The notes under the pieces were generated by a model. That model made no database searches. It saw only the letters and a program-made list of their open reading frames with translations, and had not been told where the DNA came from. This document shows positions 1 through 12,180 of a DNA stretch of 64,000 nucleotides, piece after piece. Location: NCBI RefSeq assembly GCF_009914755.1, contig NC_060928.1; one strand, written 5' to 3'. Positions within the stretch are counted from its first letter, which is position 1, and every line of letters begins with the position of its first letter. Source of the DNA: the human T2T-CHM13v2.0 reference genome, Homo sapiens. The translations under genes and the position numbers were made by a program.

Positions 1-50
1 CGCCCGCCACTACGCCCGGCTAATTTTTTGTATTTTTAGTAGAGACGGGG
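1..50 (-). mobile_element. 5'-truncated young Alu (AluYa5-like), cut by the window edge
   Basis: Reverse complement is ccccgtctctactaaaaatacaaaaaattagccgggcgtagtggcgggcg. All CpGs are intact and it carries the GTAGTGG variant. Similarity ends abruptly at 50. Confidence 0.8.
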
Positions 51-1689
51 TATTAATTTCTTTCCATTACTTTCTCGGATACTTTCTCAGATACCGTAGA
101 TAATATATACATACTTCCACTAATTCCCACTGTTCTCCTGACCTTCATAAAGAATCCCTATTTCTCCCCCTCCTTCCACACACACACACACAAAAAACAG
201 CATCTCTATTTCAGATTGTAAAAATCGTCTATGTTAAATAGTTAAACTGAACCAATGTATTACTGGAAACTAGTTTTCTATAATTTAAAGCTCAAGCAAA
301 CTGGAAATTCAGTGTCAGAAAAGGGAGTGTGTTCCTCATCACAGATATCTGTTAGCAGAAAATTTCAGAAGAACACTGTAGAGGGGATTTTATGTTGTGA
401 AAATAGTTGGGCTTGAAGAGCTTTAAGGTCTCTTCTACACAAAACTTACTACTGTGAAAGTGCTTCAGGCTGGTAAAATCGTTTTCATTCGAACAATGAG
501 AGATTTTATATTTTGTACACTGAATAATCATAAAATGGTTTTCTCACCTTTCTCTCTTTTTAAGACCCACTATTTAAATTTTATTTAATTTCATATGAAT
601 TATAATGAAACTTAAAAATTTTAAAGTTTCAAATTTATAGACAGATTCATTAGTCAAGAATGACAGATTGCAATTTACTGACATTTCACATTCTAGTGTG
701 TGGGCTGGGTAGATGTCATATAATTTTCTACTGTTGGAATTTCAAGCACATGTGTGTTATATAGAATGCCAATTCCTCACTAGACTGTGAACTCTGACGG
801 TTTCTTGAGGACAGACATTGTGTTTTTATGCATCCATCCATTTATTCAATCATTCATTCAACAAATATTTACTGAATACCTACAATGTGACAGGCAGTCT
901 GCTAGGCACTAGAAATGCAAAAAAGAACCCAGAGATTATGAAGTTAACATTCTTAGGAATGAAATTAACTACAAATAATTACATAATTCCAAATACAGCG
1001 CTATGAAACTTTATTTTCATTATCTCATGAATTTAAAACGAGGAATGAAATGTACCCTTCAGCTTTTGTAATTGGGAGGTCATTGGACAATTTAATGGAA
1101 GTAGAAGCAAGATTTCTTTGGGTTGAAGGAATAATGTTATTGAGGTAATAAATGCAGACTCCCTTTTCAAGAGTTATGTGGTTTGAAGAAACAGACAGCA
1201 ATGAAATGATCACCACAGAAACACAAGTTTGAGAAAGTAAATTATAGTGTCAATATATTTTTAATATGAGAGAAACTTTAGTATGCTTATAGGTTATAGG
1301 AAAGGAGAGATGGAGACATAAGAGAGGGCAAATAATACATAATAGATGAGATAGGTTCCTGGCAGAAAACAGAAAGAATGGGATAGAATTCATACCTGAA
1401 GAGGCATCTTCTAAAACCATAGACAAGATTTTGGGTGGCTATTAATAAGTTTCCAGTGAGTTCGCCATGAAGACCTTTATTTTCTCTATGAAGTAGGAGG
1501 TAAGGTCATTTACTGAGGGAAGCGGGCTGAGATTTGTTAATGGTTGTGAAGGTTTGGGCTAAATAGTAAGTGAGATGGGTAAAAGAATTGCAAAAAGTCA
1601 AATGAAAGATTTTTAACTTAGATTACTACTTAATGCAGTCATAATCATAGCTAGCACTTGAAACGCAAACTTTCTCTTCCTATTGTTCA

Positions 1690-2900
1690 GTTTCTCCACA
1701 CTTCATAACAAAATGTTTAGACTGGTTGTCTGCATATATTGTTTGCTCTTTCTCACCCCATTTTTTCGTCGCTACACTCCCAATCTACCTTGTACAGTGG
1801 TTGCTCTGTGGAAACTGCTCTCATCAAAGATACAATGACTTCCATGGTAGCACACCCAATGAACAAGTATTTGTCAGCTTTTTGCTGAACCTTTACTGCA
1901 GCATTCAATGATAATGATTTTCTTTTATGAAAAGATTCCAAAAATTTCTCCTAGATTTCCTCCTATGATGCTGCTTCTCCTTGTCAATTGTCAATCTCTT
2001 TTGCTGACTCTCCCTCTTCTATCAGACCTCCAATGAATGAAGTGTCTTCAGCCTGTGTCTTAAGCCAGCCTTTTTGTTTATGTTAACTTCACTTATTCCT
2101 TAGGAAATTTCATCCAGTTCCATCCATGGCTTTAAATACTGTTCATACACCAAAGACACCAAAACTTTATTCTCCAGCCCACATCTCTCCTCAAAATTTC
2201 AGACTTATGTATGCATTAATTCGTATCTCAAATATAATCTATTTAATGGAACTCTTCCATTAAAGAGACATTTTAATGCAGTTAATAAGTTTAGATGTCT
2301 CTTGCTTATGGTCCTTTGAGTTAGCCAGAGCAGTTCTGCTTCAGGCTATGAGTCAGCTGGCTTAGACGCATCAGGCTAGATAGGTGCCACTACCTGGGGC
2401 ATGGTCTTTTCTTGGTAGATCAAAAAAGTGTAAGAGACAAGATAAACTACTATGTACATTTAAAGTCATTGTCTGCATCATGGCTTCTCATCTTCCATTA
2501 GCCAAAACAAGATAGGGTCAATCTCAAATTTAGTGAAGCAAGAAAATATACTCCAAACCAAGGTGGAGGAGGAAAGGAAAGGTGGAACAATAACCCAATC
2601 TAAGCCATCATTATCTCTTTCCTAGATTGAAAAATCACTTTCTCTGGTCCATCCTAGAGAATAGAGGCCTGCATATCTTTTAAAAATAGAAATCTGATCA
2701 TAACATTCGTCTTTAAATCATTCAATGACTTTCTACCACTCTTAAATAAATCAATTCTTTGCCATTACCTACAGGGCCATACATTATCTAACTTATGCCT
2801 ATCTCTCTCTCAGCTGATTTCACATCACTATCATTTTATCTGCTATTACACTGCAGCCACAATGTTTCCCTTCAGGACCTTGAATAAGTCAAGGTCTGTT
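1690..2900 (+). mobile_element. Old L2 LINE fragments, interrupted by a MaLR (MLT1-like) LTR at about 2250-2605
   Basis: Pyrimidine-rich L2 motifs such as catccagttccatccatggctttaaatac. The MLT1-like segment contains ccattagccaaaacaag. Confidence 0.55.
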
Positions 2901-2904
2901 CCTC

Positions 2905-3219
2905 CTCAGGGCTGATTTGTACCCGTATTCAAGAGTTGATTGTTGTGCTGCACCCATTAATGGCACATGTATACATATGTAACAAACCTGCATGTTGTGC
3001 ACTTGTACCCTAGAACTTAAAGCATAATAAAAAAATAAAGTCATTTCAGAGTTAAAAAAAAAGAGTTGATTGTTAATTATAAGGAATTTTGCAATCCAGA
3101 TTAAATGTCTGGTAGCCTGAAATCAGCCAGGGTGAGAATATTTATACCCTGGGAGTCAGGACGTGCCATAAATCAGGCTTTTTTGCCCCCTGCAGAACAA
3201 ATTTACCAGCACACCATTG
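2905..3219 (+). mobile_element. MER63-like hAT-Blackjack DNA transposon, split by a short L1 insertion
   Basis: ggtagcctgaaatcagcc...atttaccagcacaccattg terminus; it resembles the copy at 33505-33717. Confidence 0.65.
2945..3060 (+). mobile_element. 116-bp L1PA 3' end with a 5' inversion and a 14-bp TSD
   Basis: TSD aagagttgattgtt at 2931-2944 and 3061-3074. L1 3' UTR tggcacatgtatacatatgtaacaaacctgc...tagaacttaaag followed by an A-tail. Confidence 0.9.
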
Positions 3220-4399
3220 GTCCTTCTTGTCCTTCAGATCTCAAATCAAATATATAAGTTCCTAAGACAGGCATTCATGGCATTTGCATCTAAAATTTGT
3301 CCCTATGGTTAGTCTATTAAATCATTCTATTGCCTTCATTGTGATTATCACTTTTTGTCATTATCTTATTTGTTTGCTCCTTAATTGCATTTTGCCTATC
3401 TACTGCCAGCAGAATGTAAGCTTCACTTATTCACAACTATATCATCAATGTCAAGAAGAATGCCTGGCATATAATAGATGTTCAATAAATACTTATTGCA
3501 TAAATGAATTTCCCCTGGTATGTTATGAGTTCTTTAAGAATGGAAACATTCTTATTCTCTTTCTAACTCACATATAGCATTATAAATCAGAAGCCCAATA
3601 AATATTAATTGGATAAATGAAATAATTTATTAGTGTGTTTACTAGGTACAGATATAATGAATTTCAGATTTGATGTAAGGAAGGGGAATAAAGACATCTG
3701 TGCTAGACGGGTTGTCTGAATACTTTGTACTTCATTATATAGATTTTTTTCCTACTCTACCTTCATGTAAATAATTATCATCCTCAATTCAATAAGATCA
3801 TTTAACTAATAAGTTGTTATTGACTATTCTTTTTAGCCATGTGTTAGGGACCATGGAGGTTATAGGGGGAAAAAAAGGAAACATCATTTCCACTTAGCAA
3901 AGTTTACATTTCATAATCCCGTAATAGCAAATTTTATATTTCATAATCCCATAATCCCATAATATTGTTCATAATGTTGATTGAACAAATATCTCAGTGA
4001 CTGGCCTAGCATATATTAGGCACCCAATAAATGTTTGCTGAATAAATGAATGAAACTCAGCCAAGAACTGAGGGCAGAGCTGAATTAAATGCTTAAGAAT
4101 ATAAAGTTCTCTACGATGTTAGCAGAAGAGTTGAAAGTTAATCCATGTTTTGTCAGTGCAATTTAACTTCACCACGAAACTTCAATGTGTGTAGCAATAG
4201 TGCAAAATGTACTACAAAAACGTAACTATTTTCAGAAATCTAAAAACATGATAGTAATGAAAAGTAAGATGAAGTTTGCACAACTCTAATAAAGACAATG
4301 TAATGAAAACCAATTCAATGTCTTTATGCTAACCTTATATATTTCAGGAATTTAAATATTATCCTCCAGGTAAATATATTGCATTAATTATGAGAGATA

Positions 4400-4630
4400 A
4401 TTCAGAAAAGTGGTTAAGAGAGCAGACAGACTTAAGTAAGTATAAATATGAACTTTACAATTTATCACCGGTATGACCCTCAACAAGTTGTATCACATCT
4501 GAGCTCAGCTTCGTCTTTTGTAAAAAAGTATATAAGGATAAAAGATTGCCATAAGGATTGTGTAAATGATACATGCAAAGTCTTTAGCACAAGGCCTGGT
4601 ACATAGTAAGTACTCAATAAAATTAGTGAT
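4400..4630 (+). mobile_element. MIR SINE
   Basis: gtggttaagagagcagac...ctgagctcagcttcgtc...cctggtacatagtaagtactcaataa core and tail. Confidence 0.65.
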
Positions 4631-5327
4631 GTTGATGATTATAAAGATATGAATTTTAATAACATGATATTATGGTCTGTACAACAGATAAGGCAGACAC
4701 ATAACGTCATACAGTATAAGACTATGAGTGCCATAAGATAAAATGATATGAAAATATTATCTCAAATATGTAAACTTTTAGTAATAGCACAACATATTGA
4801 AAACAAAATGCAAAGTTATATTGTGCTTTATATTTCCATGACCAAAACTTCTCTATCAACAATTTTCTCCCATGTCAGTTATAAGATACAAAAGTGCTCA
4901 TCAAGTCTTTGCCAAATTAGATAGTATACACTCTTCCCCAAAAAAGGAAATAATACCAATTATCTACTAGTGAGAAAAGTGAATTTTTACCAAGTAAATA
5001 CCATGGTCAGAAGCTTAGCAAAATTGCCCAGAAGAAATGTGTTTAGATTGATCTTCCCCGGGTTACCCTCTCCAACAATAACAGATATGGCTACAGTCCA
5101 ATACCTTTATCAAATCTGAGCCTTTGCTCAGGCTTACTGGGCTCTAGTCCATCTGATGGAAAGATAGAGGCATATATCCCTAGTCAGCCAATCCTGATCT
5201 TCCCCCTAAAAAAAGTTAAAACAAGAGTCCAGGAGAAAATTCTCCATGAATATTTTCACATATCTGTAGAGTCAGAGCTTTGTGAGCAAGGAATTCTGGC
5301 ACCTGGGTTAAAAGGGGTTTGAGTGGC

Positions 5328-5353
5328 AAAAAAAAAAAAAAAAAAAAAAAAAA
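5328..5353 (+). repeat. (A)26 mononucleotide tract
   Basis: Direct count. Confidence 0.95.
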
Positions 5354-6284
5354 GCCATGGAAGTTAAAGACAGAGACCTTGACGGAGATTTAGAGGCACC
5401 TCCCCTTGTGCCATTTATTTACTTACATTTCAAAGAATGATAGACCTAGGGACCTTTAGTTCACCACCTGTCTCCAGATTGGGTGTGTTTGCATTTACAA
5501 AGCACTTGCTTTCCCTCCCCTTCTGTCTTTCCCTCTATCTCTTTCTCTTTCTTTTCCCTCTCTCTCCCTGCAGCGGAGGAGGGGGAAATGTGCCTAATGC
5601 CCTACTTAAGTTCTGAGATTCATAAATCCAGTGTTCCTTTTTTGTGGTACTAACTGCATTATTCATGTAGATAACACCTGCCCTCATTGTGTTGCCCCAA
5701 AGAGGACGGAGGCATGGGAAAACTGAGGCAAGATGCTCTGAGCAATCACAATCTGTCTCTGATGTAGAAATCCTGTGTTTCCTGTCAAGATAGACAGATA
5801 GGCATACATATAGGCATACACAAAGATTTTAAAACTTAATCTAAGCAGGTCTGACATACTCCTTTCCTTCACAGATAGCCCACATGGAGCTTTGTTAAGA
5901 GCTGACTTCCAGAAGTTTAAACTATCTTTAGTCCATCAATTAATCCGGCCCCTTGTAATTGTTCTCCAAGCTTTGAGTTCTCACTCTCTTCTCTGGGCAG
6001 CTCCTGATGTCCTCAAATGTAACTCTATCAGGTCACCCCCCCACACATACACACATGTCCCCTGGCTCTCTCATCACTGTGAAAAGAAGGCTGTTCTCGG
6101 TACCTTTACGGCTTCAGCACTATTCTCTTTTAGCTCACAGCTGGGTACCTACTGAGCACCTACCTCTAGTGGTAACTATCCTGTTGCAAATGTCTTTCAG
6201 GACAAGGATTTTTGAAAACAACTCATTAAAAACATTTATTCTCTCAGGAAATGCACCAAACCATAGAGTGTGATATACTTAAGT

Positions 6285-6500
6285 CAGGAGCATGGGCATT
6301 TGAGTCAGTAGACTCAGCTGCCTGACCGCTTGCCTTGGGAAAGTCACTTAGCCTCTCTGAACTTCTGTTTCCTCTTTCTTAAAATTGGTGAGTGATACTT
6401 CTGACCATTATAAATTAGATTGTGATGCATTAAATAAGCTATAAACAACTTATAGAAAGTACTGAGCACTCAAGAAATAGAGAACAGTTACTATTGTTAA
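6285..6500 (+). mobile_element. MIR SINE
   Basis: ccttgggaaagtcacttagcctctctgaacttctgtttcctc core. Confidence 0.7.
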
Positions 6501-7930
6501 TATTTTTATTGTGAAGAGCAAAAGAAACATAAAATCATCGGCATCTGTTTTACCTGGCAGGACTCCTGAGTCCACTAAGGATATCATCAGGGACACTGTA
6601 GTAGAATTCATCTTTCTTTCCCATCGTATTTGAACTGGAGAATATAGGAGACTTAGTCATAACCCCAAATCCCTCTTTACATGCTTCCCAAAAATGAGGC
6701 ATACAAATATACAAACTGAGGCTCAGAAACAGGTACATTTATAGGATCACTCTAACATAGGCCCTCAATAATATTTTGAGAACTGAAAGAATTCATTTAA
6801 CCCCAGCTGGGATACTGTCTGAGGAAACCTGAGAAGGGAGCAGTCATTAGTGGTGGGTGACAGACAGAAATAAAAACCAAAGTAATGACCAAAAATAATT
6901 TTTTCATGTGTTGGGGGGAAAACAAAAACATTCATGGAGAAGCCTAAAACACCACAGTCCTTGCTTATAACCATTTAGTAACCTTGACATAGCAAGAAGA
7001 ATATTCATGTATCATTTTGTTCCTCACAGCATGGGACGAGGTGTAATTACTAGGGCAGGGCCGCTAAACATAGAAAGTGGTAACTTTAAGGCATGAGAGA
7101 GTGTTTGAGAATAAAGGTTGTTTTTATTTATTTAATTTTTTGTAGCATTAATCATGTTGCGTCTTGCAATGGTGTTGTCATTTCTCTTGCATGCACACAC
7201 TGAATTACTGAGCAGTGCTATGCAATGTGTCTCACACGCTCTGGCACTTCCATTTCATACTTCACAGTTTTAGTGTCACTTTGAGGTTTGAAATGTTTCA
7301 CAGTTATTTGCTATATGTGGGTGCCAAAAAAATCAGCCTATATCACTAAAAAAGATACTACAAGAATAGAAAATGGTTAGAGTCAGATGGGAATTTTTGT
7401 TTCATTAACATTCAGAACTTTATCAAGAATCACTTTACTTTTTATCAAAGTCCAATTTATGTTTTACAGATGTATGGATGAGTACAATTATTTTTCTCAC
7501 CATACAGTTCTTATAAAGTTAAATATAAACTTTTATTGATGTAGATAAGATTCTATAATTAGAAGGAAATTTAAAACACCATACATCTTTTCTAGCCTCA
7601 CAACTTGTCCATATGCTCCAACATAACAAGCCCAAGAGCCTCAATCCAGTCACTTGATCTAATCCAGTATAAATATTGAGTGAATTTTTATGTATGTATC
7701 TCAATGCATGTTTCAGCTTAATGTGTTAAAGTCAATCTATTTAAACAAAAATAGAATGACTTATATCTGCCACAAATATAAAGTCATTACAACTGATAAC
7801 ACACTAAGTAAGATATTCACTGGCTCTTACAAATAATGACACACATGTCACCATCAATTTTTGTAAAGCAATGACACACCTGACGACTTCCTTCATTCTC
7901 CCTCTATACACTCACTGATGACTCCCTCAC

Positions 7931-7932
<2 letters not shown>

Positions 7933-7962
<30 letters not shown>
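7933..7962 (+). repeat. (CA)15 microsatellite
   Basis: Direct count. Confidence 0.95.
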
Positions 7963-7965
<3 letters not shown>

Positions 7966-9960
7966 ATAGCACATTGGCATTTGACCACCTAAATACTACC
8001 TGTATTTTTTATTAACTTATTCTGCCCCACAGTCAACCAAAAATCAAATACATAAATAAATGACAATAAACATGTTAAGACCCATAAAAAGAAGCTTTTC
8101 ACACAGGAGAATGGTCTTGAAGAAACACCTGACATAAATTAAGCACTCAGTAAAGAGTCATCCTTTTCCTCTCCTTATCTTTTCAACTTCACAAGATGCC
8201 TCCTCAAGTTCAAATGTCTGGTTTGTTTCAATACAAATAGAAACTGAGACCCACTGGTAAGCATGAAAGGAAAGCAAAAAGAGAAATAAGAAAGTACAGA
8301 TGGAAACTCATAGTGACATTTTTAGGCATGCTCTGAATAAGATTTTAGTATCTGAAATTATTTTCCTCAGACAATTTAAAAGAATTTTTCCATCTTAGGA
8401 AGAGGGAATTTATACTTACAATTTTGGCTATCTGAAAGATTACAACTAATTACTGGAAAGTAAGAGAGTAACTTTTTTATCTGAGGGATCCTGCTCTTAA
8501 CAGAGAAACAAATAATGACTAATTATGCTAACATGTTGACAGCACTGGTAAAGGTTCAAAAGGCCTACTTGAGTTTCAAATATTCTGACAAGAAATCAGA
8601 GTAATTCTGCAAATGTGTGTGTGGGACAGCCAACCTGCCACAAAATGCACGTAAGAAAAGCTGATCAAGACGGTATACTAACATAGCTTGCTTTGTGTTA
8701 TCAACTTAATCCAAATGCTAAGTTGACAAGGCCACACCAAATGTGCAAAACTGTCTTCATTATATTTTACATTTGCAACTTTCTCTTTAAATGCATACAT
8801 ACTTAAATGTTTAGCAGCCACAGATAATTCATACAACTTCTTTAGTACAAGAATAAAAGTACTCTACTAGAAAGCAGAGACATTCTGCTCTAGATTTACA
8901 ATAGCCCAAAGGTACTAAAACTATATCAAATGGGTTTATGGAATTAACAAAAAAGTTCTTAAAATCAATTAATTCTTATTCATGTTAACATTAAAATTAG
9001 TACTTCCAGTGGCATGTTTAGGAGTAGATTGTTTGGAGGAGGGCTAGGAAGAATGGATAAAAAATACACACAAAATCTCATAACTATCATAACTTTCAAA
9101 AAAAATGGTTGGGAAGTGTTGGTACAGACAATAGGCCAACATCTTGAACTATGGTCTCTATACAGACCAATAGGGCTTTCAGGCTACCCTGTTTACTTTT
9201 TATTTAGTTATGAGCATGTTGCTCTTTGCATATCAAACATACTGTCAGACACTGCAGGGTTAACAAAAGCTATAAAATATATAAAATACATGGTCTGAGC
9301 CATCAATAAAATTAGAGAATAGTATCTTATACAGAATAAGAATTTATTTTAACAATATGTAGAAAGCAGTAATTCAGAATATTCTTGTGGCTGTCAAAGG
9401 GAAAATCATTACTACTAAAGGGATAAATGAACTAATGGTCAAATGCTTAGTAGCTGAGACAGTTTCCCCAAAAACTGTTAGAACAGTAAAGACAGTGAGA
9501 ATTAATAAGGTTCTAACGTTCTCTAGAACCCTTTCACTATTTCACATCTCATACTCACTGCTCCGTATACTAAGAATTCCTTTCACTTATACAAGCACAG
9601 GAGTGATATATTCCAAATGTATGGTCTTTGTGAAAAGTGTGAAAAGGTGGAGCAGGAGCCTCCAATTTTCTAATCTTTTTTGCATACTGCTATCACTAAA
9701 AAAAATTTTCACCAGCTACCCCAATATATGTAAAGTAATTTATCTTATTGCTTGTCTTAACATTATTTATCTTATTATAAACTATATTCCTATTTTACTT
9801 TATTAACATATCACATACACTATAAAACTAACACTGAAATACACACTGTATTCAGAAGATATAGAAAAAATATAAATAGAAGCTTCTTCCTACACAATCA
9901 TGTATCATCTTGCTCAACCCCTGGAATAAACACTCCCCATATGATACCAATGGGTTAGAA

Positions 9961-10177
9961 CAGGGATTGGCAAACCACGGTCTGGGCCTAATCCAGCCCA
10001 TCGCTTATTTTTGCAAATAAAGCTTTATTGGTACACAGCCAACCAACTTGTTTACCAATTGCTTCTGGCCACTTCCTTGCCACAAAGATATGAATAATTG
10101 TGACAGAGATCATACGGCCCACAAAGCCAAAAATATTTACTATCTCACCCTTTACAGAAAACGTTTTCTGACCCCTA
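9961..10177 (+). mobile_element. MER58A hAT-Charlie MITE
   Basis: Termini cagggattggcaaac ... gttttctgaccccta; internal ggcccacaaagccaaaaatatttactatct. Confidence 0.8.
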
Positions 10178-10312
10178 GATTAGGATTAATTTCAGGGTAC
10201 TTATGAAGGAAAAGTTCTCCGGACAGAGTAATAAGGCTGAGCATATGAGATGGAAAAAAGAGAGGCAGAAGAGATAAATCTGCCAAGAATGCCAACAAAG
10301 TTGCAAAGCAGG

Positions 10313-10926
10313 TGTGATGATTAATTTTATGTGTCAACTTGATTGAGCTAAGGGATGCCCAGATAGCTAGAAAACATTATTACTGTGTGTGTCTGTGAGG
10401 ATGTTTCCAGAAAATATTTACATTTGAATCGGTAGACTGGATAAAGAAGATCCATCCTCATGAACATGGATAGGCAACTTCAGTCCATCAAGTAGTCAAA
10501 TAAAGCAAAAAGGCAGAAGAAGGGCAAATTCTTTCTTCTAGAGTTGGAATGTTCATCTTCTTTTGCCCTTAGACATGAGAGCTGCCCTTAGACATTCTGA
10601 AGCCTTTGGACTCTGACTCCAGAACTTACACCCCTGGTTCTAAGGCCTTCAGACTTGGACTTACAACACCAGCTTTCCTGGTTCTCCAGCTTGCAAACAG
10701 CATATGGTGGGACTTCTCAGCCTCCATAATCACATGCTAATGATATAATTCCCATAATAAATCATATATATCTATATTATACATATTATAAATATATAAA
10801 AATATATAAAAATAAAATATATTTATATATTATAAATATATAAAAAGAAACATATATATCCTACTGTTTCTTTTTATATATTTATAAAAATATATAAAAA
10901 TTAGGGCTCTGGAGAGCCCTAATACA
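10313..10926 (+). mobile_element. MLT2B-like ERVL solo LTR
   Basis: Starts tgtgatgattaattttatgtgtcaacttga and ends ctctggagagccctaataca, with TG...CA termini. Confidence 0.85.
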
Positions 10927-11957
10927 ATAGGCATAGGAGTAAAATTTTCTACCAGGATACAACTATTAGAGTAGGGCTGACTATAGCATGACAGGGTACA
11001 AAAACGGAACTTTAATACCAGTAAAAAGAAAACATAAGTCAAAAGGCATAGACAGCAATAGTTGTGGCATTATTTTTTTAACTGGTGTTTCTAATAACAC
11101 CTCCATCAGAGGGTAGGTATCTCTCTCCATTACAGCACGACTTGAGTTGGCATACCTTTTATATCCATTTTCCTACTTGCCATAAACGTCAAAATAGGCC
11201 CAAGGAGATATTTAAGATATCAATAGGCAAAAATTATAATTTAACATAAATAATGAATAGCAAAGATTCGAATTCAGTATCTCTCTAGCACACATATACC
11301 TGCACACACATAATTCTAGTACTGGCACCTTCTAGTAAATATCATAGTATTCCTTTGGTCATGAAAGAAGGTTTTAAAAATATGCTACTAAAAATAATTG
11401 TTGGGTTATGGAGAGTTAAGGCTTTCAGTCACCAATACTTTCTGTTCTTTCTGAAGTTTTATTATATTTAAAGTCAATGCCAAAGATTGTAGCATTTAGT
11501 TATTCTCCTATATTAGTTTTGACTTCCCAACTGGAGAAGACACAAATAAAAAAAAAAATTCTATATCTTTGTATGCCCCATGTAACTTGGTAATATACAG
11601 TACTCAATAAGTAATTATTAATTGGTTCTCCAGAAGTCATGTACAAAATACACTGCTACATGTCAAATCTAATTTTCCCATTGCTTTCATTGCAAAATAG
11701 GATATTCTTTTTTAAAAAAGTTTCAAGATAAAGTAGAAAAAACAGTGGACTAGGAGTATGCAAATCTACTTCTAGTCACAATTCGTGTGACAAACTAGCT
11801 TTGTGGACTTCAGCATATCACTGAATCTTCTTTATTTCCATTTCAGCATAATGATGGGTTAGAGCAGCTGATAATTAATATCCCATTTAGCTCTGAAAGT
11901 CTATGTGACAAAAATCACATTTAAGGATATAAAAAAATCTTTTAAAACCACACTATT

Positions 11958-12180
11958 CAGGTAAGGTATTGCAAAATGGCAGCAAGAAGGTCAAAGCCAG
12001 AGGCAGACATGGATTTGGGGGGCATGTGGTATTTAGGAAATGTTAAATCAGAGTGTGTCTAGATGGCTGTGCTTTCTCTAGATTGCCATAGACTCCATTC
12101 CTTCCATTGATCACATCAGCTATTTCACACATTGATGTTACCTGCTGATCTTAGAAGAGCATTTGAGTTTGGAACTCATG
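11958..12180 (+). mobile_element. MER102-like hAT element
   Basis: 3' end ttacctgc...gcatttgagtttggaactcatg. Confidence 0.5.

Noticed and set aside
5324-5356. TGGC(A)26GCC resembles TGGC(A)14GCC at 51677-51697
   Set aside because: Only 7 informative bases are shared and the flanks are unrelated; most likely coincidence.
9014-9806. Two plus-strand ORFs of 94 and 139 aa
   Set aside because: AT-rich composition, no recognisable homology or splice signals, and partial overlap with repeat-like sequence; consistent with chance ORFs.
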